DNA from: Candidatus Sabulitectum sp.
GTDB taxonomy: Bacteria; Fermentibacterota; Fermentibacteria; Fermentibacterales; JCC-6
Length of the DNA stretch: 64,000 nt
Direction: 5' to 3'
Assembly (NCBI GenBank): GCA_023139045.1
Contig: JAGLOJ010000044.1
Coordinates: 23,274-87,273, forward strand
The first letter of the stretch is position 1, and each line of letters begins with the position of its first letter. The notes under the pieces were generated by a model, which ran no database searches, had not been told where the DNA came from, and saw only the letters and a list, made by a program, of their open reading frames with translations. Below, piece by piece: positions 28,200 to 36,837 of this stretch. A program made the position numbers and the translations under genes.

Positions 28200-29108
28200 C
28201 TATGATTCTATGAAATCTGCAAGATTTACCAGAATGAGCAAAACCTCTTTTTCCAGTTCCTTCGCTTCCTTGAGAAGTTCTATTTTCTTCTTTTTTTCAA
28301 GCTTCTTGTCGCTCACTGTCAGAAGAATATCACCAATCACGTCGAATAAACTCTGCAGTTTCAATGCAATCAATGAAGAGGTGGGATAAGCACCGGCAAT
28401 CTCACCAAAGTAAAGTGCTCCCTGTTTTCTGCACTCAGACCAGACTGTCCCATTCCACCAGTTGCCGTGCTCTGTACCATAACCTTTCCTTACACCCCGA
28501 AGCCAGGCATCATAGGCAGCCATCCCGCAGGCGTAGGGCTTCACGGTATAGCCTGAGGGATTTTCGTTCAGATCTCTTACAAATTGAAGACTCTGCCGAA
28601 TTGCACAATCAGGATCAGGAAGTTCGATGCTCTCAAAGCTGAAGAAGCAGGCGTGAATCTCATCTTTCCACTCAGCCCAGTTTCCGAATGAAAGGTGTGC
28701 AGGGGGAAAATCCATATCCCAGGGCTGAGAGCAAATAAAACCGGTATCATCGAATCCGGTTACAAGCTGATAATCCATATTCACCACACAGCAGGGATTC
28801 CCCATTTCAAGCTCTGCCTTAATGGATTTCTCCAGAATGTTCCTCTCCTCCACGGCACTTTCACCGGAGAAGAAACCATGTTTCTTCATGTGGATTCCAC
28901 AATTCTCAAGCAGAGCAATGAAGGGATCAATATTCCAGCAGTAAGGCCCGCTCGGGCAGATTGCCTCATGGATGTTCATGAAAAAGGCATGCCCTGATCT
29001 TCCGTAAAGAGCAGGTGTACTCAAATCTATTTCCAGATGATCGGCAACACCGCGGATCACTCCCATAAGAGATGTATTGAAAGGGGCTTGAGTAATATCC
29101 ATTTTCAT
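28200..29108 (-). CDS. Hypothetical protein
   Basis: 302-aa ORF with no recognised motif. It is co-directional with the AKR gene. Confidence 0.45.
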   Translation of the reverse strand: MKMDITQAPFNTSLMGVIRGVADHLEIDLSTPALYGRSGHAFFMNIHEAICPSGPYCWNIDPFIALLENCGIHMKKHGFFSGESAVEERNILEKSIKAELEMGNPCCVVNMDYQLVTGFDDTGFICSQPWDMDFPPAHLSFGNWAEWKDEIHACFFSFESIELPDPDCAIRQSLQFVRDLNENPSGYTVKPYACGMAAYDAWLRGVRKGYGTEHGNWWNGTVWSECRKQGALYFGEIAGAYPTSSLIALKLQSLFDVIGDILLTVSDKKLEKKKKIELLKEAKELEKEVLLILVNLADFIES

Positions 29109-29362
29109 TGTTCATCCTCCCTTTTGTCATATTGAAGAAACTCCACAGGTGCCCCATTACACACAATCAAGGCTGTTGTAACACCTTCAGACGGGCCGTT
29201 CGAACCTATCAGAATATCTTTGCCCTTTATCTTCGTCAGAAGATTATCTGTTTCAAATGCGATATGAGGAACTTTCGGAACAAGCTCTGGAATCAGTGAA
29301 TCCGCAGTAAATCCGATCAACTCTATCCCGTAAGAATTGGTACCTAAACCAACTACATACAT
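29105..29362 (-). CDS. VOC/glyoxalase-family domain protein. The start is uncertain and may extend to about 29440.
   Basis: PHIAFETDNL resembles the glyoxalase HIAFEVDD metal-site strand. The longer ORF overlaps the GNAT gene in another frame. Confidence 0.4.
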   Translation of the reverse strand: MYVVGLGTNSYGIELIGFTADSLIPELVPKVPHIAFETDNLLTKIKGKDILIGSNGPSEGVTTALIVCNGAPVEFLQYDKREDEQ

Positions 29363-29429
29363 ACCGGACTTCTCAAGATAATTTTTACTTCCCACGGGAG
29401 TATTCCGGGGAATTTCCAGATGCTGATAT

Positions 29430-29912
29430 TCAAAAATGCTCACCACTCTCCTCCAGACTCTTAACCATGATAAGACAGGGATTTTCAGCACCCCATAAAT
29501 CAGACATTTCCTCAAGAGGGGAAAAACCCGTGGACAGATAGAATTTTCTTGTTTCAGCATAATCTTTGTTTGGACTGGATGGGCTGAGTGTTTTAACCTG
29601 AAGAAACTTGACTCCCTGTGCCACAAGATCAAGCTCAGCTTCTCTCTGAAGGGCTCTTCCAATACCCATCCTGTGAAATTCAGGCAGGATTCCCATTACA
29701 TGAATCTCTGCACTCTCAGAATAATGTCTTTCCACAGAGAGAAAACCAATGATCCTTTCCTCGATAACAGCAGTGTAAGTGGGCAGGTAATCAACTTTGT
29801 TCACATAGGCCCGAAGGGCACTTTCAATTCCAAACCATTCCGGCAGATCGCGGAGAACAGCCTCACATTGAGATCCCAGTCTCAGCTCTGCAGCTCTTAT
29901 CTCAAAATCCAT
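29430..29912 (-). CDS. GNAT family N-acetyltransferase
   Basis: Motif A HRMGIGRALQ. Size is 160 aa. Confidence 0.8.
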   Translation of the reverse strand: MDFEIRAAELRLGSQCEAVLRDLPEWFGIESALRAYVNKVDYLPTYTAVIEERIIGFLSVERHYSESAEIHVMGILPEFHRMGIGRALQREAELDLVAQGVKFLQVKTLSPSSPNKDYAETRKFYLSTGFSPLEEMSDLWGAENPCLIMVKSLEESGEHF

Positions 29913-30038
29913 AATTCATTCCTCATGAAAAGGTTACAGATAAACATAGGAGCGAAAAGAAAGAAAACAAGGGGGGGTTGACACGATTGTACTACTTTGC
30001 TATTACAGTGGTACAATTTTGACAGAGGAGGAAATGTA

Positions 30039-30425
30039 ATGCTCAAAATTGATGCCGGCTCAGCAGTGCCTGTATACGAGCAGTTGAAAAGACAGATAAA
30101 ACTGAGGATAGTTTCCGGTAGGTATCCCTCCGATCACCGAATGCTCTCAATCAGGCAGCTTGCCTCGGAGCTTACGATTAATCCCAACACAATTGCCAAG
30201 GTTTACCGTCAGCTGGAGGGAGAGGGGTTTCTCATGTCAAAGACAGGTTCAGGATTCTTCGTAAAGCTCGAAAAGGAGCAAATGGGAACTACCAGAAGAA
30301 AACTGCTGGCTGAATTAACCGATGAATTCATCTCTCGGGTAGTTGAGCTTGGCTTCACGCCTGACGAACTAATAAACACTCTGTCTGAAAAGCTTGAGAG
30401 GAAATCTGCCGATGATCAAACTTAA
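30039..30425 (+). CDS. GntR-family (YtrA-like, short) transcriptional regulator
   Basis: The ribosome-binding site AGGAGG lies 8 nt upstream of the ATG. The wHTH is SIRQLASELTINPNTIAKVYRQLEGEGFL. A short C-terminus is typical of the YtrA subfamily that regulates adjacent ABC exporters. Confidence 0.8.
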   Translation: MLKIDAGSAVPVYEQLKRQIKLRIVSGRYPSDHRMLSIRQLASELTINPNTIAKVYRQLEGEGFLMSKTGSGFFVKLEKEQMGTTRRKLLAELTDEFISRVVELGFTPDELINTLSEKLERKSADDQT

Positions 30426-31212
30426 TAATTTAACCTGCGGCTATGGGAAGAATCCTGTTCAGTCAGATATATCCTTCGATATCAATGAAGGCGATGTTGT
30501 GATGATCACCGGACCCAACGGTGTGGGCAAATCAACCCTGCTCAAGGTTCTTGCAAACATTCTGTACCCGACCGCCGGAACAATAGACTACGGCTGGCCT
30601 GACACAAAAGACCCACGGCAACTCATTGGTTATCTGCCGGACAGTCTCAGCATCTACAAATCAATGAAAGTAAAAGATCTGGCAGAACTCCACTGGGGCG
30701 CATTCGGTGTAAAACCTGCACCTCTCCCCCTTCTCAAGGAAGCCTCCATTGACTGGAATTCAAGAATCAGCGAACTCTCAGTAGGGCAGAAAGCAATCTT
30801 CCACCTTTCACTGATACTCTCCACAAACCCGAAACTCATCCTTGTGGACGAAATACTGCACTCCGTTGACCCTCACCTTCGCAACCTGGCACTGGAAACA
30901 CTGGTAAAGACCATGGCAGACAGCAAACCAACTGTAGTCATGGTAAACCTGAATTACAACGAAGTTGAACACCTGGTTAACAGGGTAATCTTCCTGACGA
31001 AAACCGGCATCCTGCTGAATGAATCCACCGAGTACCTCCTGGAGAACGCCAGACTGGTTGTTGCCGACGAGGCCCCGGAAAATGCAAATGTACTCGCCAC
31101 CAGAAGTTATACAGGCAGAACCGAACACCTTGTTCTTCCAGGTGAAGGTGAGCAGATGAAACTCTCGGAAATTCTGACAATGCTCATGGGCAGCACCTAC
31201 CAGTCAGTGTAA
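30412..31212 (+). CDS. ABC transporter ATP-binding protein
   Basis: Walker A GPNGVGKSTLLKVL, signature LSVGQKAIFHLS, and Walker B LILVDE. Confidence 0.85.
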   Translation: MIKLNNLTCGYGKNPVQSDISFDINEGDVVMITGPNGVGKSTLLKVLANILYPTAGTIDYGWPDTKDPRQLIGYLPDSLSIYKSMKVKDLAELHWGAFGVKPAPLPLLKEASIDWNSRISELSVGQKAIFHLSLILSTNPKLILVDEILHSVDPHLRNLALETLVKTMADSKPTVVMVNLNYNEVEHLVNRVIFLTKTGILLNESTEYLLENARLVVADEAPENANVLATRSYTGRTEHLVLPGEGEQMKLSEILTMLMGSTYQSV

Positions 31213-31228
31213 GAAAGGAGTACCAGAC

Positions 31229-32029
31229 ATGTGGAAAAATGAAATCATGGACACCCTGAAGCAGACTGCGCTGGTGCTCAGTTTTTCTCTGCTGATCCCG
31301 ATAATTTATGGTATTAACAGCATGAGATTTCCAGAGGAAAATTTGTTCTTCACATGGTACATCGATTGGGGATTGACCTACCTGATCCCTATCCTGACAC
31401 TCTATCTGGCATACAACATGTTTGCCTCTGAAGATTCTGACGGGGCGTTGGAATACATGAAAAGTCTCCCTGTTAATAAATGGGAATTACTGGCCATCAA
31501 GATTCTTCCAAGGCTTGCTGTAACGCTTGTTCTTATGCTTATCTATACTTATCTTGTTATGGGTCATTATCTACCTCGTCAATTGGGAGTGTCCTGGCTG
31601 AGCACTTTGCTTCTACGCTTTTCCCTTCTCCCCAATGCCATCAGCATTGGTTTTCCCCTGATGGTTCTGATCTCAGGCTTCATGCTGGGAATCTCTAACA
31701 GAAAAAATCAATTTCTTGTTCTGGCCCTGGCAATACCAATACTGTACATGATTTACAGCCAGGGGTTCCTGGGCGTTCGATTCTCCCTTTACCACTTCTG
31801 GTGGAAGCTTTTCCAAACCGATCAATACAATCACATAATGCGACTTCTAAGTTCAGTTATCCAAATATACATTCCAGCAATGATACCTTTAGTTGTTCTG
31901 ATTCCTGTTTTCAAATCATGGGATTGCTCTTCAGGCAGAGCAAGAAGCGAGAGAATGCTGAAACGAATGGCCGGTCCACTGGGGTTGCTGATTGTTTTAT
32001 ACGCTGTCGGTCAACTCCATTTGCTTTAG
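31229..32029 (+). CDS. ABC-2-type permease, paralog 1 of 4
   Basis: Six-TM protein with the shared N-terminus M(W/L)K(N/K)EIMDTLKQTALV and the shared C-terminal motif SWDCSSGRxRSxRxLKRxAGP. Confidence 0.7.
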   Translation: MWKNEIMDTLKQTALVLSFSLLIPIIYGINSMRFPEENLFFTWYIDWGLTYLIPILTLYLAYNMFASEDSDGALEYMKSLPVNKWELLAIKILPRLAVTLVLMLIYTYLVMGHYLPRQLGVSWLSTLLLRFSLLPNAISIGFPLMVLISGFMLGISNRKNQFLVLALAIPILYMIYSQGFLGVRFSLYHFWWKLFQTDQYNHIMRLLSSVIQIYIPAMIPLVVLIPVFKSWDCSSGRARSERMLKRMAGPLGLLIVLYAVGQLHLL

Positions 32030-32041
32030 GAAGGTACAAAA

Positions 32042-32806
32042 ATGTTGAAAAAAGAAATCATGGATACTCTGAAGCAGACTACGCTGGTACTCAGCTTTCT
32101 CCTGCTGATCCCGATTGTGTTCTGGGTCAATAATATGATACTCCAGGACAATCCTCCGTTTTCGTTCTACCTCACCTCAGGAGTTATGCTGGGTATCACT
32201 CTTCTTGCATTTAGTCTGGCATACACAATGTTCAGCTCAAAAAGAGATGAATTTAAAAATTTGTTAAGTACAGCTTCCTCAAAATGGGAACTCCTTGCTG
32301 TAAAAACACTTCCAAGACTTACTGTGGTATGGATACTCATGTTAGCCTTCCTGATTATCGGTGCCATGCCTCCAGAGCAGATTGCAGGAAGCGCCTTTAT
32401 GCGCATTTTAGGCATCCGCCTGGGAGAATTTCTTGTGATATTCAGCGTGCCCCTGCTGATTATGCTGTCCGGTTTTTTCCTGGGTATGGCTGACAAAAAG
32501 AGCCCTCTTCTTATCGGTTGCTTCCTGCTGGCAATGACTTATCCTCTTCTTACCGGTCCAAAAATACTTATCAATGTGTTTGACAAGGTATTCATACCAT
32601 TGAGAATTACAGCAATCGCTACTCTTGATGTGGCAACGATAATAACTGTTTTGCTGCCTTCTGCTTTAGTCGTCTGTGTACTTATCCCCTTCTACAAATC
32701 ATGGAATGCTTCCTCGGAAAAAATAAAAAAAGAGAGAATGCTGAAACGAATGGCGGGGCCAGTGGGACTGATCATTCTTCTTTCCGCATACGCACTGGTG
32801 TCGTAA
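32042..32806 (+). CDS. ABC-2-type permease, paralog 2 of 4
   Basis: Same conserved N- and C-terminal motifs as paralog 1, with a diverged middle. Confidence 0.7.
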   Translation: MLKKEIMDTLKQTTLVLSFLLLIPIVFWVNNMILQDNPPFSFYLTSGVMLGITLLAFSLAYTMFSSKRDEFKNLLSTASSKWELLAVKTLPRLTVVWILMLAFLIIGAMPPEQIAGSAFMRILGIRLGEFLVIFSVPLLIMLSGFFLGMADKKSPLLIGCFLLAMTYPLLTGPKILINVFDKVFIPLRITAIATLDVATIITVLLPSALVVCVLIPFYKSWNASSEKIKKERMLKRMAGPVGLIILLSAYALVS

Positions 32807-32819
32807 GAAGGAGACTGGC

Positions 32820-33626
32820 ATGCTGAAAAAAGAAATAAAAGACACCCTGAAACAGACAGCTCTGGTTTTCAGTTTTATGCTGCTGATTCCAATTATTTTT
32901 GGTATCAATAATTTGAGATTTCCAGAAGAAGATCTTTCCTTTCTATGGTACATAGAGTGGGGTGTGAGTTACCTTATTTCTTTCCTGACTCTCTATCTGG
33001 CGTACAATATGTTTGCGTCAGAAGACTCTGATGGGGCATTGGATTACATAAGAAGTCTCCCTGTAAACAAATGGAAACTACTTGCTATCAAGATTCTTCC
33101 AAGGCTCGCTGTTACTCTGCTTCTTGTTTTTGCTTACAGATATCAGATTGAATACCGCTATACTCTTGGAGTGGCGGGAATTTCACAGAGTGGTATGCTT
33201 CTTTATCACTTCTCCTTTCTGCCCAACACAGGAATTTTCCTCATGATAATGATCGCAGGTTTCCTACTGGGAATATCAAACAGGAAGAATCCCTTTCTTG
33301 TTGTTGCCCTCGCAATGCCAGTGCTGTACATGATTCTCGGCAAGGCATCTCTTCCAGGACCAATGTATAGAAGTATTTATTATTGGTGGTATGGTCACTT
33401 TGGTTACATGTCCCACAATGTCTATCGTTCAATGATGTTCCTCTTTACTACTTTCCTTCAGGTCTACCTTCCATCAATACTATCATTCACAGTACTAATT
33501 CCAGTCTTCAATTCGTGGGATTGCTCTTCCGGAAGAATCAGAAGTCAGAGGATTCTAAAGCGAATAGCCGGTCCTCTGGGAATGATCATTGCTTTGTACA
33601 CAATCAGTAATTTCCGTTTTCTGTAG
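32820..33626 (+). CDS. ABC-2-type permease, paralog 3 of 4
   Basis: Same conserved N- and C-terminal motifs. It is closest to paralog 1. Confidence 0.7.
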   Translation: MLKKEIKDTLKQTALVFSFMLLIPIIFGINNLRFPEEDLSFLWYIEWGVSYLISFLTLYLAYNMFASEDSDGALDYIRSLPVNKWKLLAIKILPRLAVTLLLVFAYRYQIEYRYTLGVAGISQSGMLLYHFSFLPNTGIFLMIMIAGFLLGISNRKNPFLVVALAMPVLYMILGKASLPGPMYRSIYYWWYGHFGYMSHNVYRSMMFLFTTFLQVYLPSILSFTVLIPVFNSWDCSSGRIRSQRILKRIAGPLGMIIALYTISNFRFL

Positions 33627-33638
33627 AAAGGAGCTGGA

Positions 33639-34388
33639 ATGCTGAAAAAAGAAATCATGGATACTCTGAAGCAGACAGGAGCAATTTTAAGTTTCATGCT
33701 GCTGATTCCAGTAATACACCAGGTTAATGAGATCAGGCTGGGTGGTACTTCGTCTCTAGGTAACTATTTCATAAAAGGTGCATCACTGAATTTTATGTTA
33801 CTTATTGTCGGACTTGCATATATGATGTTCTCATCTGAAGATAATGATGATGCAATGGAGTATTTGAAATCTCTGCCTGTCTCAAAGTGGGAACTGCTCA
33901 ATATAAAGATACTTCCAAGGCTTGCAGTTCTATCTGTTCCCATACTGGGTTTTACTATTTTCTCTGCTCTAACGGCTCCTTCCGACATAACCGATTACTT
34001 CTTTCTGTTGGTAGCGCCAGTTGCACTTACAGTAATAATTGCTCTGATCTCCGGATTCTTCCTGGGAATATCAGACAGGAAGAATCCGATTCTTATAGGA
34101 GCAATGACCCTTCTTTCTTCATATCCAATATTCCTCGGATCCATTATTGTGCATAGAATTTCTCGATACATCGTTCACCAGACCCAAGCAGAAATCCCTC
34201 TCTACTTATACGCTCTTGTGCACTTTGTAACTGTAACGATCCCTGTATTGATCCCGTTGTGTCTTCTCATCCCAGTTTACAGATCATGGGATTGCAGATC
34301 CGGAAAAGTTAGAAGCCAGGCTATCCTGAAACGACTGGCAGTTCCTTCAATCCTGATTGTAATACTCTGGGGAGTACTTTCACCCTGA
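33639..34388 (+). CDS. ABC-2-type permease, paralog 4 of 4
   Basis: Same conserved N- and C-terminal motifs (MLKKEIMDTLKQT... and ...SWDCRSGKVRSQAILKRLAVP). Confidence 0.7.
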   Translation: MLKKEIMDTLKQTGAILSFMLLIPVIHQVNEIRLGGTSSLGNYFIKGASLNFMLLIVGLAYMMFSSEDNDDAMEYLKSLPVSKWELLNIKILPRLAVLSVPILGFTIFSALTAPSDITDYFFLLVAPVALTVIIALISGFFLGISDRKNPILIGAMTLLSSYPIFLGSIIVHRISRYIVHQTQAEIPLYLYALVHFVTVTIPVLIPLCLLIPVYRSWDCRSGKVRSQAILKRLAVPSILIVILWGVLSP

Positions 34389-34430
34389 TAAATCTTAAAG
34401 GCAGACTTAATCGACAACAAGGAGAAGTTA

Positions 34431-35567
34431 ATGAAAATGAAGCAGGAATTGATTCTTTTTACAGTTACGGCAGCAATCTTTTCGGGATGCGGAGAAAGCC
34501 CGCCGGAAGAAGTATCTGTAATAGAAACAGTGGAAGAAGTACCGGTTATACCCGATTCTGTGGCACAGTGGATTGAGTGGGCGGAAGAAAGCGGAGACGG
34601 GCTCTGGGAAGATGGCAGCCACAGGTTCATTCTGAAAGAATCCCTTGTTTACGGCGGACAGGAAATACCGCCTTTCTTCAATGTTGAAGGATTCGACTTC
34701 AAGGGTGATACACTGTTTGTAAGCGATCCTGCGGACCAATCTCTTGCTGCTGCCTCACTTACAACCGGAGAGCAGATCTGGAAAGTGGGGGAACAGGGAG
34801 GGGGGCCCGGGCATTTCAACGGTATCTGCGAAATTGCAGCAGGATCTTCCCGAATCGCTGTATGCGACATGGGCAACAACAGAGTTTCACTATTGAACTT
34901 TTCCGGTGAGTTTCTTACCGAAATTTCTATCCAGTGCCCGTTCGATGTCATGTGGAAAGGTGATACTTTATTTGTTCTCAGTCTTGCCGAAAGCAAACCT
35001 CTGAACATGTACAATGCAGATGGTGAGTTTCTTGACTCGTGCGGTGAATTGCCGGAAGAATTGGATATGCTTGCTTATTCAAACAGGCACCTCCACGGGG
35101 TAGTGGCTCCGAACGGTCATGTACTGGTTATTTCACGATTCCTTGCCGGAATATGGAAAATTGATCCTGCCACTGGTTCAACTGAATTGTTTTCTGAAAT
35201 TTCATTCCCCCAGGGTGAAATGGTAAATGATATTGCCAGTGGGTCATTTATGGTTCTCTCCAGAGACATCTTCATCGGCCCTGACGGAATGGTAAATGTG
35301 ATACTGCCTGTTTTCTCTGAAAATGGCGGGCCATTGTCTGACGGTAGTGAAATGCTTAAAACAACCGCAGTTCACAGGTACAACTGGGATGGTGAGTATC
35401 TGGACAGCTGGGTAATCGATGGTACTGTGGGTGTTGTGCTGATGCACAACGGGCAACTCTTCTCCGCAGACAGATATGCTGACGGTGTTGTAATTGATCA
35501 CGGTGTAATTCCGCTGAATCGGAGTGCAGAGCATGATATGAACGATGTGAGGTCGCAGTCCACATAA
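34431..35567 (+). CDS. NHL-repeat / six-bladed beta-propeller lipoprotein
   Basis: Lipobox FSGC. NHL-like repeats are present (GDTLFVSDPADQS...GGGPGHFNGICEIAA...IAVCDMGNNRV). It is a paralog of the genes at 57145 and 62689. Confidence 0.65.
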   Translation: MKMKQELILFTVTAAIFSGCGESPPEEVSVIETVEEVPVIPDSVAQWIEWAEESGDGLWEDGSHRFILKESLVYGGQEIPPFFNVEGFDFKGDTLFVSDPADQSLAAASLTTGEQIWKVGEQGGGPGHFNGICEIAAGSSRIAVCDMGNNRVSLLNFSGEFLTEISIQCPFDVMWKGDTLFVLSLAESKPLNMYNADGEFLDSCGELPEELDMLAYSNRHLHGVVAPNGHVLVISRFLAGIWKIDPATGSTELFSEISFPQGEMVNDIASGSFMVLSRDIFIGPDGMVNVILPVFSENGGPLSDGSEMLKTTAVHRYNWDGEYLDSWVIDGTVGVVLMHNGQLFSADRYADGVVIDHGVIPLNRSAEHDMNDVRSQST

Positions 35568-35727
35568 GTCCCTTCATATTTTTAAGCAATCCTGGGCACC
35601 TGCATTGAATCTAAAAGCGGGTGCTCAGGAATATTCGACATTGCACTGCACCTGAAAAGCGTGTTTCAAAACTGTTATTTTCTCACCTTTGACCGTACAC
35701 CACCCAAAAACATTGCCAGAATTGGCT

Positions 35728-35756
35728 TTGACATTAACTCTCCGTGCATGTATCTA
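35728..35756 (+). promoter_or_regulatory. Putative sigma70-like promoter of mazE: TTGACA, a 17-nt spacer, then TATCTA
   Basis: A -35 and -10 pair about 25 nt upstream of the mazE ATG. The -10 element is weak and matches only TAT in its first half, so this is tentative. Confidence 0.3.
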
Positions 35757-35779
35757 CAATGTAGAAACGGGGATCGAAA

Positions 35780-36019
35780 ATGCAAACAATCATTAAAAAA
35801 TGGGGAAACAGTCTTGCCGTGAGGATTCCGAAGGCAATTGCCGAAGATCTTCGCATCGAGAACAATTCAAAGGTTGAACTCTATACCGAAAATAATTGTC
35901 TCGTGGTTAAATCGATAGAAATTGAATACAGCTTAACTGAACTTCTCTCAAAGGTGACTGAGGAAAACCTGCACAAGGAGATTGATACTGGAAGAAGTGC
36001 AGGGAGGGAAGAATTGTAA
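35780..36019 (+). CDS. mazE: MazE/AbrB-type antitoxin
   Basis: IIKKWGNSLAVRIPKAIAEDL is a SpoVT/AbrB swapped-hairpin motif. Size is 79 aa. Confidence 0.75.
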   Translation: MQTIIKKWGNSLAVRIPKAIAEDLRIENNSKVELYTENNCLVVKSIEIEYSLTELLSKVTEENLHKEIDTGRSAGREEL

Positions 36020-36039
36020 TTCCACCTGATCGTGGTGAA

Positions 36040-36341
36040 TTGGTCTGGATTTCCTTTGACCCTCAGGCTGGCCACGAGCAAGATGGAAGAAGACCTGCAC
36101 TGGTTCTATCACCGAAAGAATACAATGCCAGAGTTGATCTTGCTCTTTTGTGCCCTGTCACATCCAGAATAAAGGCTATCCATTTGAGGTTCTTCTTCCG
36201 AAAAGCTGTCTTATTACAGGTGTTGTACTATCCGATCAGGTAATAAATCTTGATTGGCGGGCAAGAAATGCAGAGATTGCAGACAGGGTACCAGATTCAA
36301 TACTTCATGAAGTTCTATGTAAACTTGGAACATTGCTGTAA
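36040..36341 (+). pseudogene. mazF: MazF/PemK-family toxin interrupted by a +1/-1 frameshift near 36150-36240
   Basis: Frame 1 gives GELVWISFDPQAGHEQDGRRPALVLSPKEYN...CPVTS. Frame 3 continues as KGYPFEVLLP...GVVLSDQVINLDWRAR...LHEVLCKLGTLL. Joined together, these make a complete MazF. Confidence 0.6.
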
Positions 36342-36346
36342 CAACT

Positions 36347-36823
36347 TCAGTGCAGTCCCATTTCCATAACAAATTCGGATATGGCTCCGGTTTCAAGATC
36401 AGATGTGCTGGTTCTTGATTTCTTGATGATAAACATGATAAGCTTCTCGACAAGGTTCAACTTTTCCCAGTAGATTTCATCACCGAAGAGTTTCTTTGAT
36501 ACAGCGTGCGTATGAAGTTCTTCGCCAAAGAGCTTCAGATATCTTCTGCCTGTTTCACTGTGGTCTCCACAGCATATAAACAGACCAAGTTTCTTTTTGA
36601 GAAGCTGTTGCCTGTTCTTTGTGCAGAATGCAGTCATCTCCTTCTGAATCTTTCCCACATAGACTGAAGAGCCGAGGATTATTTTATCGAAAGGCTCAGT
36701 ATCAAAATCCGGTTTTTCCGCAAGATCCACTGTTTTTATTTCCCCGGATGCTTTTTCTCTGAGAATTCCAGCACATTTTGCTGCGGTGCCGTGCTTCGTG
36801 GTGTAAAGGATGACAGTATTCAT
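36347..36823 (-). CDS. Flavodoxin-like domain protein
   Basis: N-terminus MNTVILYTTKHGTAAKCAGIL is the flavodoxin FMN phosphate loop. Size is 158 aa. Confidence 0.6.
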   Translation of the reverse strand: MNTVILYTTKHGTAAKCAGILREKASGEIKTVDLAEKPDFDTEPFDKIILGSSVYVGKIQKEMTAFCTKNRQQLLKKKLGLFICCGDHSETGRRYLKLFGEELHTHAVSKKLFGDEIYWEKLNLVEKLIMFIIKKSRTSTSDLETGAISEFVMEMGLH

Positions 36824-36837
36824 GCTTTCTCCTTTTC

